Origin: an uncultured virus (IMG/VR IMGVR_UViG_3300048836_000122)
Taxonomy: Duplodnaviria > Heunggongvirae > Uroviricota > Caudoviricetes
IMG/VR virus record: IMGVR_UViG_3300048836_000122
Length of the DNA: 64,000 nt
Strand: one strand, 5' to 3'
In this document: positions 30,589 to 40,009 of the stretch, piece by piece
How positions within the stretch are numbered: position 1 is the first letter of the stretch
Layout of the letters: every line of letters begins with the position of its first letter
Notes under the pieces: generated by a model
Told to the model about the DNA's origin: nothing
Seen by the model: only the letters and a program-made list of their open reading frames with translations
The model's database searches: none
Position numbers and translations under genes: made by a program

Positions 30589-31530
30589 ATGCAAATTATT
30601 TCATTAGAAACCGGGATACGTCCCGATGACTCGAAAGAGATTAAAAGCGCCTTTGAGGAGTTTGTAGAACAGACACACGAATGGGCAAATAAGGCCATGG
30701 CTATTATTGTCTTGGCAGAGGACGACATTCAAGGCATGGAGCAAGCAGCCAAGGCAGACAAAGCATTGCGAGCCCTTCAAAAAGAAGTGGAGGACACGCA
30801 TAAGAGGATGAAGGCTGATTCCCTTGCGTATGGCCGGGCATTGGACGAGGTGAAACGCAACTTCAATGCAGTCATTGAACCTGCACGAACACATTGCAAG
30901 GAAATGGCTTCGTTCGCAGAAACCATGGAAAAGAAACGGCAGGAAGAATTGAAAGCTAAGCGCATGGAGGAGATGAAAGACCTCAATGTGAATTTGGCCC
31001 ACTATGATCTTGCTACTATGCCGGAGGATCTGTACCAAGCAACTTTGAGTGGGCTACGGATGCAGAAGAAAGCAGCAGAGGCTGCGAAGAAAGCCGCTGA
31101 GAAGGAAGAGGCTGAACGCAAAGCAGAGGCTGCGAAATTGGCAGCAGAGAACAAAGCATTGCAAGAGCGAGCCAAAGAAGCTGAGGCGAAGGCCAAAAAA
31201 GCTACGGAAGATGCCAAAGCTGCCAAGGCACGAGAGACTGCAAGAGATCGCCAGTCAAACCTTCTGAAAAAAGGATATTTCTATGACGGCACTAATTTTG
31301 TACTTGGAGACAACAAAATCAGTCCGGCTGAACTGTTGTCGCTGTCTAATGCAGAATACACACAACGGGCCAAGGTCACAGGCAATCAGGACAAGGCTTT
31401 ACTATTGGCTTATGCAACGAACATAAAGTATGTTCCCAAACTAAAGGATGCAACGCTTCATGCACGAATTCAGGAAGATGTCACCAAACTTGTTCAATCC
31501 ATAGAAGCGGTAGCCAATGGTCTTCTTTGA
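30589..31530 (+). CDS. coiled-coil protein (DUF1351-like)
   Basis: Ala/Glu/Lys-rich helical protein in the recombination module. Confidence 0.5.
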   Translation: MQIISLETGIRPDDSKEIKSAFEEFVEQTHEWANKAMAIIVLAEDDIQGMEQAAKADKALRALQKEVEDTHKRMKADSLAYGRALDEVKRNFNAVIEPARTHCKEMASFAETMEKKRQEELKAKRMEEMKDLNVNLAHYDLATMPEDLYQATLSGLRMQKKAAEAAKKAAEKEEAERKAEAAKLAAENKALQERAKEAEAKAKKATEDAKAAKARETARDRQSNLLKKGYFYDGTNFVLGDNKISPAELLSLSNAEYTQRAKVTGNQDKALLLAYATNIKYVPKLKDATLHARIQEDVTKLVQSIEAVANGLL

Positions 31531-32230
31531 CTTAGAAGCAACGGGCACGGATGTCAAGACTGATCGCATTACCCAGATTGGTATTGTGTTGGTGACAAAG
31601 GACGGCACCGAGGAGTGGGAGACCCTGGTTAATCCAGGGATCCCCATTTCCCCGGGTGCAATGGAGGTTACAGGCATCACCGACGAAATGGTTGCCAATG
31701 CACCATCCTTTGCGCAAGTGGCCAATACAGTACTGCAGAAGTTTTCGAATCATCCGTTGGTAGGCTTCAACTCGAATCGGTTTGATATTCCCATGTTGGC
31801 GCATGAGTTTCACCGTATAGGAATGGCATGGACACCGACAAACAAGTTTATTGACGTAGGCACGATGTATATGCGCCTCAATCCACGAACTTTGAGTGCT
31901 GCTTATGCAGAGTATGTTGGAGGTGAGTTTGCAGCACACGATGCACTATCTGACGTTAGAGCCACTATTGACGTATTCAAAAAGATGCTTGAAAAACACG
32001 AAGAGCTTCCTCGCACAAAGTCAGAATTGGAACTGTATTCCAACTATGATGCCATGCGAGCCGACATATCAGGATGTTTTACATACGTTGATGGTGAAAT
32101 AATGCTTAACTTTGGGAAACACAAAGGGCAACCGGCAAAGAATCATACTGATTTTTTGATGTGGATGTACGGTAAGGACTTCCTGCCAGACACCATTGCG
32201 ATTGTTCAGGACATCTTAAAGGATAACTAA
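31517..32230 (+). CDS. DnaQ-like DEDDh 3'-5' exonuclease
   Basis: FDLEATG, FNSNRFDIP, AHDALSDV motifs; C-terminal NFGKHKG. Confidence 0.9.
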   Translation: MVFFDLEATGTDVKTDRITQIGIVLVTKDGTEEWETLVNPGIPISPGAMEVTGITDEMVANAPSFAQVANTVLQKFSNHPLVGFNSNRFDIPMLAHEFHRIGMAWTPTNKFIDVGTMYMRLNPRTLSAAYAEYVGGEFAAHDALSDVRATIDVFKKMLEKHEELPRTKSELELYSNYDAMRADISGCFTYVDGEIMLNFGKHKGQPAKNHTDFLMWMYGKDFLPDTIAIVQDILKDN

Positions 32231-32293
32231 AAAACCCCGGCAACGCAAGTTAACCGGGGTCATCCCAAAACCGGGGCAAAGGTAAAAATTAAT

Positions 32294-32656
32294 ATGAAGA
32301 AATCGGTAAAAGCCATAAGACATTCAGACAAGAAATTGGATGAACTGTTTCGCAAGAAGCTAAAGCATGGTCTTGGAAGAGTAAAGTGTGTCACATGCTC
32401 AACGGTCTTGGATGCTAAGGAAATGACCGTGGGCCATTGGATAGGCCGGACAAAATATCCAACCAGGTGGGACCCGATGAATGCTGAACTGCAATGCTGG
32501 ACGTGCAACTCGACACATGGAGGCAGACCGGAAATCATGGAGGCATTCCTCCGAGAAAAATACGGAGACCTCGCCATTGACCAAATGATTATTGAAAGCA
32601 ACACCGGACATGTGGACCGGGATTTAATTTACAAAGAACTGACATTTGAACCATGA
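32294..32656 (+). CDS. NinG/Rap-like nuclease
   Basis: CVTC, GHWIGR, TRWDPMNAELQCWTCN. Confidence 0.75.
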   Translation: MKKSVKAIRHSDKKLDELFRKKLKHGLGRVKCVTCSTVLDAKEMTVGHWIGRTKYPTRWDPMNAELQCWTCNSTHGGRPEIMEAFLREKYGDLAIDQMIIESNTGHVDRDLIYKELTFEP

Positions 32657-32686
32657 GAACGTTTCAAATATACACAGGCTTTACAG

Positions 32687-33145
32687 ATGCGAACAATTGA
32701 TATTGAGTTGGCCATAATGAAGGAGTACAAATACCATGTAAACCTAATAGTGCCTGGCATTACTGCCATGATGGAATTAATGGATTTTGAGGTGGACATG
32801 TTCGTGCTTACAAAATCGGACCTTGGGTATGGCTTTGAAATCAAAGTTACCCGGGCTGACTTGCTTAGGGAATTAAAAAAGATACATTACTTCAAGCGGG
32901 AGTATTATCGGAAATTCCGATTTTTCTTTTACGTGGTTCCTGCTAAGTTAGAAGAGTTGGCACATGAGATAGTGCCGGAGTTTTGCGGCATTTGGGTTGT
33001 TGATGACCAACGGAAAATGAAACTTGTTAGGAAACCGACTGTATTGTCTCGGAACAGATGGACAGCCGGTGAAAGGTATGAAATAGCACGATTAGGGGCT
33101 ATGCGTATTTATAATCTAAAACGGAAAATAGCAGCACATGGTTAA
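32687..33145 (+). CDS. MmcB-like PD-(D/E)XK protein
   Basis: EVDMF..GFEIKVTRADL..FFYVVP. Confidence 0.6.
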   Translation: MRTIDIELAIMKEYKYHVNLIVPGITAMMELMDFEVDMFVLTKSDLGYGFEIKVTRADLLRELKKIHYFKREYYRKFRFFFYVVPAKLEELAHEIVPEFCGIWVVDDQRKMKLVRKPTVLSRNRWTAGERYEIARLGAMRIYNLKRKIAAHG

Positions 33146-33680
33146 GATTTACAGTTTGGACGAATTCAATGAACTCTACGACACGGAGCAAAAAAAGCGC
33201 CGGATATATGTCAAGAAAGTGTTCAAACTTGAAAAGACTAAAGTTCTCAAGAAGCGAGTGACTGCGACTGTTGTAGAAAACGGCATTCCATCTATTGTAG
33301 TGGTTAGTCCGGCAATAACCAAAAAGGCACCGGACACGAATGCGTTTCAAGCCCTGATCATGGCATATCTAAAAACAGTCCATGGGTTTAAATGTCGAAG
33401 GATTAGTTCTGAAGGACGTTGGAGGCGTGACAAGTCCTTACCGGAGGGAGGGAAGTTTATTCCCGGTCTCAACAAAGGGATGGAAGATATTCAGGCTATT
33501 GGACCTGGTGGACGAATAATAGCCATTGAAGCAAAATTCACACAGAGTGATAGAATGCGAGACAAGCAATTAGAGCGAGAGCAAGACATTCTATCGTCCG
33601 GTGGGATTTACATAAGAGCAAAAAACTTTGAAACTTTCCAGCGTGATTTGTTGAAAGCGCTGGGTATTACTCACTTTTAA
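33138..33680 (+). CDS. VRR-NUC-like nuclease / resolvase
   Basis: GMEDI..IAIEAK..Q...GGIY motif. Confidence 0.65.
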   Translation: MVKIYSLDEFNELYDTEQKKRRIYVKKVFKLEKTKVLKKRVTATVVENGIPSIVVVSPAITKKAPDTNAFQALIMAYLKTVHGFKCRRISSEGRWRRDKSLPEGGKFIPGLNKGMEDIQAIGPGGRIIAIEAKFTQSDRMRDKQLEREQDILSSGGIYIRAKNFETFQRDLLKALGITHF

Positions 33681-33689
33681 TTAATTTTT

Positions 33690-33860
33690 ATGAACACAAT
33701 TGAAAAGCTGGAAAAAGCATTGGCAACAGCAAAATCAGAAGCAAGTAGCTTTTTTGAGAAAGGCAACAAATCGGCAGGCACCCGGGCGAGAGTTGCTTTA
33801 CAAGAAGTAAAGAACCTTGCACAGGTGTTACGGATTGAGATCCAGGACGCAAAGAAGTAA
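33690..33860 (+). CDS. histone H1-like Hc1 family protein (56 aa, not in the ORF track)
   Basis: Translates as MNTIEKLEKALATAKSEASSFFEKGNKSAGTRARVALQEVKNLAQVLRIEIQDAKK; KGNKxAGTRAR is the Bacteroidota Hc1-like signature. Confidence 0.75.
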   Translation: MNTIEKLEKALATAKSEASSFFEKGNKSAGTRARVALQEVKNLAQVLRIEIQDAKK

Positions 33861-33874
33861 AGTTTTCTAATCTG

Positions 33875-33908
33875 GCCCTGCGCTCGTAAAGACTTGCGCA
33901 GGGCTTTT
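33875..33908 (+). terminator. probable intrinsic terminator
   Basis: gccctgcgc...gcgcagggc stem followed by tttt. Confidence 0.5.
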
Positions 33909-33919
33909 AAATCTTAACC

Positions 33920-34333
33920 ATGACACAAATAAGTGGAACAATCCATAAGTTATCCGACACCGAACAGGTGACGGAGAAATTTCAAAAGCGAGATATTGTA
34001 ATTACAGTCCAGGATGGTCAGTTTTTGCAGTATGTAAAAATTCAATTCTGTCAAGACTATGCCGATTTGTTGGATAGTTTTTCAGAAGGACAAGAGGTCA
34101 CCATTGACTATTCTTTAAAGGGAAGGCCCTACCAAGACAAGTTCTTTACCAATGTTGATGGTTGGCGTATCCAGTTGGCACAACCGGCACAAGCGGCACA
34201 AGCGGCACAAGCGGCACAACCGGCACAAGCGGCACAAAATTTAGCAGAAGTAGTAGAGCCGGTTGATTTCTCCACCCACATCCCTCCGGATCCAAAGGTC
34301 GTTGTAGAGGATGATGATGATCTACCTTTCTAA
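33920..34333 (+). CDS. single-stranded DNA-binding protein (DUF3127-like)
   Basis: FQKRDIV..KGR..FTNVDGWRI and C-terminal DDDDLPF; 9-bp AQA/AQP repeats in the linker. Confidence 0.85.
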   Translation: MTQISGTIHKLSDTEQVTEKFQKRDIVITVQDGQFLQYVKIQFCQDYADLLDSFSEGQEVTIDYSLKGRPYQDKFFTNVDGWRIQLAQPAQAAQAAQAAQPAQAAQNLAEVVEPVDFSTHIPPDPKVVVEDDDDLPF

Positions 34334-34596
34334 TGGACTACAAAGAGCTAAAAAAGAAGGACATCAACTTAACGCCTACCTGTTTTAAAATACTGATGGC
34401 GATTAAGGACAAGCCCATGACATCCCGGGACATCATGGCCACAGGTATCTTGAAAGGATCGTATTACCGGGGCATTGAAGAACTGGAAGCGGGTGAATAC
34501 ATTGTACAGATTCACCCGGAGTACAAGCAGTATGCATCGACACGTCAGCCAATGCTGATACAATTGACAGAAAAAGGCCAAAAACTTTTGAGATGA
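34333..34596 (+). CDS. winged-helix protein
   Basis: MarR-like C-terminus IQLTEKGQKLL. Confidence 0.5.
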   Translation: MDYKELKKKDINLTPTCFKILMAIKDKPMTSRDIMATGILKGSYYRGIEELEAGEYIVQIHPEYKQYASTRQPMLIQLTEKGQKLLR

Positions 34597-34938
34597 AATA
34601 TCAAGTAGAAGTGATGAACATTTTAAACCGCTGGGGTCATGGAGTATCCTTGCTGAATATTGGAGAGGAGATCGGACTTCCTGGTCCTCCTGACTTAATC
34701 AGGCAAACGCTACGTCCAACCATGCTTGGCTTGATTAAGTCCGGCAAAGTGGAGAAGGTCGGCAGGGGAATGAACATTACATATAGAGCACGGGGATAGA
34801 ACGCTGTATGTGGCCTCGCATACGTGTAACAAAGGATAATCTGTTAGGTGCCCCACGTAAAGCATATCACCGAAGATCATCAGGGGCGTAGCCAGTCATG
34901 CGAGAAGCTGGCAATTTGTAATTTCTAAATCTTTTTAT

Positions 34939-35181
34939 ATGAAAATTTTATTATTTGTGTTGTTGTTCGCAGCAACGAGTCCGGCAACACCGGCTTGGGA
35001 AACTGAATTTTGCAAAGGCTGGAAAGACGGCTATTGTGAAGGCTACAAGGACGTAAAGGGTCAGATGGCTCTTTGTCCATTGACACCACTTTGTCCATTG
35101 CCTGACATCGGCGAAAACACCTACAAAGGTGGTTATCACCGGGGATTTAAGGCAGGGATGAAAAAAGCGAAGGAAGAATAA
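34939..35181 (+). CDS. small secreted Cys-containing protein
   Basis: Signal peptide MKILLFVLLFAA; FCKGWKDGYCEG..CPLTPLCP. Confidence 0.55.
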   Translation: MKILLFVLLFAATSPATPAWETEFCKGWKDGYCEGYKDVKGQMALCPLTPLCPLPDIGENTYKGGYHRGFKAGMKKAKEE

Positions 35182-35314
35182 AATAATTTATTACCTTTGC
35201 ATCAGTATTTGGTTTGAACAACCCTTGGTCCTTGGATATGGTACTCCTTGGGCCATTTTTTTTAAAAAAAACTATTGTAGTTTAAAACTATTTAATATCT
35301 TTGCTACATCAACG

Positions 35315-35514
35315 CATTATTCCTGGTCGAAGCAAGAATAATGGTACAGGTTTCAGAACCTAAAGCCCCGGGACCTTCGACATCTTGGGGCTTTGTTTTA
35401 TTCCTTTGTATGGGAATTTTTATGCCTTTAATGGACTCCATCATTCCTGGTACCAGCAAGAATGATGGTTTTTGAACATAGTGTTGGCCCTTGGAACTGG
35501 TACTCCTTGGGCCA
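35315..35514 (+). ncRNA. two tandem structured elements with complementary (kissing) loops upstream of the replication initiator
   Basis: Unit 1 loops GTCGAAG (35326) and CTTCGAC (35375); unit 2 loops GTACCAG (35450) and CTGGTAC (35497); preceded by a TATCTTTG box at 35296. Confidence 0.6.
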
Positions 35515-35532
35515 TTTTTTTAACCATCACTT

Positions 35533-36147
35533 ATGAAACACATAATCGACGCTCACCATGCCCAAGTCTTGGGCCACCTACCCGCTGCGGTACTATTTGA
35601 AAGTATTCAGTTCTGGGTAGAGAAAAACACCCTCAACGGACACAATTTTAGAGATGGAAGGTACTGGACGTATAACACACGAAAGGCTTTCACGGAAATG
35701 TTTCCATACATGACCACGGCTCAATTGCGGTTTGCATCAGAGCTCCTGCATCAAAAGGACTACATTAACCTTGATCAAAAAGGCTTTGACCAAACACTGT
35801 GGTACACGATAGGAGACAGCGTACCAACCCCAGAGAAAAGACTTAAACACATTTTTGACCCGGAGATAGCTGTAGTGACGAAAAGCATTCAAGCAGCCAT
35901 TCTATTTGAGAATGTGAGGCATTGGGTCCACAAGAATAAGAGTATGGATATTAACTGCATAGACGGGGAATATTGGACATATAACACCTACCGAGGACTT
36001 GGGAAAATCTTCCCGTATGCAACGTCAAAACAGATACGAACAGCCATTAACAAGCTCGAAAAAATGGGGTTGATACGGAAGGAAGGAGGTATCAATAACA
36101 TGGGGCTCACAATGGGGGTCAATTTAACAAAACGCACATATATCTGA
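35533..36147 (+). CDS. replication initiator-like protein with two tandem winged-helix domains
   Basis: Two copies of KHIxD..AAxLFE..WVxKN..DGxYWTYNT..FPY; followed by iterons, then DnaB downstream. Confidence 0.7.
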   Translation: MKHIIDAHHAQVLGHLPAAVLFESIQFWVEKNTLNGHNFRDGRYWTYNTRKAFTEMFPYMTTAQLRFASELLHQKDYINLDQKGFDQTLWYTIGDSVPTPEKRLKHIFDPEIAVVTKSIQAAILFENVRHWVHKNKSMDINCIDGEYWTYNTYRGLGKIFPYATSKQIRTAINKLEKMGLIRKEGGINNMGLTMGVNLTKRTYI

Positions 36148-36183
36148 TACTCAATGGCATTTGCGATCCGAATTTTGGTAGGG

Positions 36184-36325
36184 GGTCTGCCCTCTATCGC
36201 AATTGGTCTGCCCTCTATCGCAATTGGGTCTGCCCCCCATCGCAATTGATAACAGTTATAACCATACAGTTATAACCAGATAAGAAACAATATTATTAAA
36301 GATATTTTTTTTTTTTTAATTTAAA
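36184..36325 (+). repeat. iteron array and AT-rich tract (probable replication origin)
   Basis: 21-bp ggtctgccctctatcgcaatt at 36184 and 36205, variant at 36227; acagttataacca twice; then a poly-T/AT-rich stretch. Confidence 0.7.
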
Positions 36326-36336
36326 ATTGAGTTAAT

Positions 36337-36813
36337 ATGAATTACTATCCGGAATACACAGAGCTCTACGGAAGCTTGGCGGTCGGGGTAATTCTCAGCT
36401 ATATTGCAGATCACCCAGAGGACGAGTTCACCCTCACTAATGCCGAGTTAAGATTGATGGGCATACCGTATGAAAAACTCAAGGTGATAAGAAAGAGGCT
36501 TGGGCGGTTCCCATTTCTCACAGAGGTAAAGAGAGGGGTATCTTCAACCTACATAGTGGACAGAAGAAAGATGCCGAACTTCAGGTGTTTGCATGACGGA
36601 TCAATCTTGTCCATGAGTGATGAAAACCTGGTGATACTGAAAGGCCATATCCGGCAGATGCTTGAGATTATGAAACTAAAGGAAACGAAACTACTGAATG
36701 TAAAGCACATCATCACGTTTATGCAAGAGACGGATGTGGATATTCAGATGGTGCCAAACAAAATGCCAAAAGGAATGCGGCAGATTATTAACGATTACAT
36801 TGCAAGCGAATGA
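36337..36813 (+). CDS. hypothetical protein (possible winged-helix)
   Basis: 158 aa in the replication module. Confidence 0.5.
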   Translation: MNYYPEYTELYGSLAVGVILSYIADHPEDEFTLTNAELRLMGIPYEKLKVIRKRLGRFPFLTEVKRGVSSTYIVDRRKMPNFRCLHDGSILSMSDENLVILKGHIRQMLEIMKLKETKLLNVKHIITFMQETDVDIQMVPNKMPKGMRQIINDYIASE

Positions 36814-37358
36814 AACCAAGCCCAAAACAACTACAACTTACAGGAGGCGGTCGAAAAGAAGACAGAAGGCCCTTAGATTTTTACCCAACACCACCAGAAG
36901 TAACTATTGCATTGATGGAGTTCTTGAAATTGGAGCCAATGACGATATGGGGACCTGCATGTGGGAATGGAGCTATGTCCGATGTATTGAAAGACTATGG
37001 ACATATAGTGATTGAAACCGATCTGATTACCGGAAGTGACTACCTGCACACTTCAATTATTTCAGATGCTATCATTACAAATCCTCCATTCAATCAGTCA
37101 GCGGCATTCATTGAAAAAGCAGTAGGCGAAGCGCATCTCGTTGCAATGTTGCTTAAAAGTCAGTATTGGCACGCCAAAAGCCGGTACGAATTATTCAACA
37201 AGTATATTCCTTCGTACATACTTCCTCTTACATGGAGGCCCGACTTTTTGTACCAAGAAAGAGATAAACCGGGATCGCCAACCCTTGAAATGATATGGAC
37301 TGTTTGGATTACAGGCAATACTGATGCGAAATACATCCCACTAAAGAGGCCACAATGA
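36810..37358 (+). CDS. DNA amino-methyltransferase
   Basis: DFYPTP, PACGNG (SAM-binding) and ITNPPF catalytic motif. Confidence 0.85.
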   Translation: MKPSPKQLQLTGGGRKEDRRPLDFYPTPPEVTIALMEFLKLEPMTIWGPACGNGAMSDVLKDYGHIVIETDLITGSDYLHTSIISDAIITNPPFNQSAAFIEKAVGEAHLVAMLLKSQYWHAKSRYELFNKYIPSYILPLTWRPDFLYQERDKPGSPTLEMIWTVWITGNTDAKYIPLKRPQ

Positions 37359-37933
37359 CCACAGAAGAAATCATAAACGCACTCAAAGACCTTGGATACA
37401 AGTTCCCGGACGACATCGTAGAACAAGTAGAACACAGTCTATGGGGCGAGAAGCAAGAAGAATGGACCGGCGCACAGCGGCAAGTATTAGCCAAGGCAGT
37501 AGAAAAAGAGCTTAAGAAGTTCTCAACCCGATTTGAGGAGAAAGCCTCTCACATCAAGATGGACGTAGTTGATCAGCTATGGAGAAGTGGTTGGGATTTG
37601 CAAATTAGATACAATCAGTCCGTGGTGGGGATTGAGATCGCTGTCAAAAACTATGTAGATCACAATTATCCAGAAAAACTCAGTCAGACAAATTTGGATG
37701 ATCCGTATTTAGTCCAGGTGGAAAACTACTTCAAGGCTGAACACCACAAATTTGAAGAACAAGACAAGCGCATGATACTCCGAGCTAAAGATGAAGTAAA
37801 AGTACATCTGTATCAGTATGTGATTGCCTGGCTAAAGGAGAATGGAAAACCGGAAGCATATTGGAGTGGATCCAGTGTGGTACGGATAGCGAAACAAATA
37901 CAACAGGAACTCAATAAACCCCAGCTATTTTGA
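37355..37933 (+). CDS. hypothetical protein
   Basis: 192 aa, coupled to the helicase gene. Confidence 0.55.
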   Translation: MTTEEIINALKDLGYKFPDDIVEQVEHSLWGEKQEEWTGAQRQVLAKAVEKELKKFSTRFEEKASHIKMDVVDQLWRSGWDLQIRYNQSVVGIEIAVKNYVDHNYPEKLSQTNLDDPYLVQVENYFKAEHHKFEEQDKRMILRAKDEVKVHLYQYVIAWLKENGKPEAYWSGSSVVRIAKQIQQELNKPQLF

Positions 37934-39237
37934 AAAGGATTGAACACGAACAGGCGATCATAGGAACGCTGCTGAATGCACCGGAGTACATACAGTTCAT
38001 CGAAGGACTATTGCGACCGCATCATTTCTTTTTGATGGAGAATCAGAAAGTATATGAGGCCATATTAGCATTAAGTTCCAAGGGCAAGGTGCCTTCATAT
38101 TTGAACGTATCGGACATGGTTGGTTCCGATTTGGAACTATTTGTAAAGGAAAGCAAAGGCATTTACAGCTTTGAAGAACTGAAGGATGCCGTTGAGAGTG
38201 TTATAAACCAATGGATGCTCCGGGAAGTCAAGACAATGGGCATGGACATTGCAAAAGTCAAGGACACAACTAATCCATGGCAGGTAGTGGACGAGTTGAG
38301 TGCAAAGCTGTACACGATTTCTCAAAACAAGGTAGGAACGTTCAAGCCGCTGTCTCAAGGCACTGAAAAGATACTAAAGCGAGCAGAGGACTACCGGGCA
38401 GGTATTCGTCCGAGTATAAAAACTATGTACGGACTACCGGAGTTTGAAACCCAAATGGAAGGCATTAATGACGATGAAGGAGAACTCATTGTCGTATCCG
38501 GTCGTCCAGGGCATGGTAAGTCTTCCCTATTCAACAATCACTTGGTAGCTACTGCACGGCGAGAAGAACCTATTGCAATGTGGTCTGGGGAGATGTCAGA
38601 AACCGGAACCTTGCTCAGGTATTTCGCAGCTTCCACGGGAATTCCGTCTGCGAGAATCAAAGATGGATCCTTCTTGGATAGTCCGGACTTAAATGCAGAA
38701 TTTCAAAAAGCCAGGAAACGTCTGACAGAAAAAGTATTGTACAACTTTGGGCCCATGACCTGGGAGCAGCTAAAACCCTTGATGATTCATTACCATGTCA
38801 CCATGGGCTGCCGGGACTTCATCATTGACCGATTGGAATTATTGTTCACCGATGCTAAAATGACCGAGGAGGAACGGATTAAAAGGATCTGTGGAGAATT
38901 GCGGTTAGTGACTACGAAGTATCAAATGAGAATCGAACTGGCTATTCAAATGAGGAAAAGTTCAGAAGACAACAGAGGTGGTCGTCCGGTCCTTGCCGAC
39001 GTATTGGGAGGAACAGCCAGCACCAACGATGCGACTAAAGCGATATTACTGTATAGACCAGAGGCTCGTAACTGTGTAGTCTTTCCTGATGGAGACTCTT
39101 GCATAGGAAAAGGCGAGTTAATTGTTGCAAAGAACACGTTCGGACCAACCCATGAAGGGTATCGGCTGGATTATTTGAAACAAATGCAAGTATGGAAGGA
39201 AAGCTCTATGCTGCCAGGAGAAGAAGCACCGTTTTGA
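37930..39237 (+). CDS. dnaB: replicative DNA helicase (DnaB-like)
   Basis: EQAIIGTLL N-terminal domain; Walker A GRPGHGKS; SGEMS, IIDRL, LIVAKN..GP. Confidence 0.9.
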   Translation: MKRIEHEQAIIGTLLNAPEYIQFIEGLLRPHHFFLMENQKVYEAILALSSKGKVPSYLNVSDMVGSDLELFVKESKGIYSFEELKDAVESVINQWMLREVKTMGMDIAKVKDTTNPWQVVDELSAKLYTISQNKVGTFKPLSQGTEKILKRAEDYRAGIRPSIKTMYGLPEFETQMEGINDDEGELIVVSGRPGHGKSSLFNNHLVATARREEPIAMWSGEMSETGTLLRYFAASTGIPSARIKDGSFLDSPDLNAEFQKARKRLTEKVLYNFGPMTWEQLKPLMIHYHVTMGCRDFIIDRLELLFTDAKMTEEERIKRICGELRLVTTKYQMRIELAIQMRKSSEDNRGGRPVLADVLGGTASTNDATKAILLYRPEARNCVVFPDGDSCIGKGELIVAKNTFGPTHEGYRLDYLKQMQVWKESSMLPGEEAPF

Positions 39238-39962
39238 GGGATAAGATATTACAGCGATTAGTATCCGAGGAGGAACGCAGGGATAAGTACCGCTACTCCA
39301 TGCTACAAAAGCATGAAGGAGGCAGCGACTTAGTATTTCCTGCAGAGTACCGGGTAACAAAAATGCCCACCGACCGGGAGATAAACAATGCATTAAGTGA
39401 TCTGCAGTATGTGACGATGCTTTGCGAAGCGGCATTCAGTACGATGAAAGGCAGCGACATTGAACTGTTTTGCTATGAGAAGATGTACAAGGCCCGGAGA
39501 GACATCATACAGTTCATGTGTACGAGTAGGCCTTATGACTTAGACCCAGATATACGGAGACTGATAATAGAGCTGATCATGGGTCAACTCAAAAAGGCAA
39601 AGGCGTTTGACTACAAAGAACTGGATGCAAAGTTGTCAGACTTGCGAGCCATGGTCAAGGTCAAAGAGTTGGAGGAACTTGACGATCCGGCTGAATGGTA
39701 CAATTCTGGAAGAAAGCTACCGTACAGTATTTTCAAGTTCATCAAAGACAAAAAAATACCACCAATAGAATCAGTACAGGGGATATGCGCAGACTATTCC
39801 AAGCGATACAGGCACATAGAATTAAGAATACGCATAGCCCGGGATGATGTAATGAGTGAGGGTCAATGGCGAAAGTTATTCGAAGAAAAAGAATCAATTA
39901 CCAAGCAATGGAAGGATTCAATGCTGATAGTATGTGGAAAAGACCGTATATTTGCAACATAA
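39192..39962 (+). CDS. hypothetical protein
   Basis: Long ORF after the helicase; start codon uncertain. Confidence 0.5.
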   Translation: MEGKLYAARRRSTVLRDKILQRLVSEEERRDKYRYSMLQKHEGGSDLVFPAEYRVTKMPTDREINNALSDLQYVTMLCEAAFSTMKGSDIELFCYEKMYKARRDIIQFMCTSRPYDLDPDIRRLIIELIMGQLKKAKAFDYKELDAKLSDLRAMVKVKELEELDDPAEWYNSGRKLPYSIFKFIKDKKIPPIESVQGICADYSKRYRHIELRIRIARDDVMSEGQWRKLFEEKESITKQWKDSMLIVCGKDRIFAT

Positions 39963-40009
39963 ACTACCCATCGGCTAAAGACCGAATGGGTTTTAGACAA
40001 TAACTAAGA

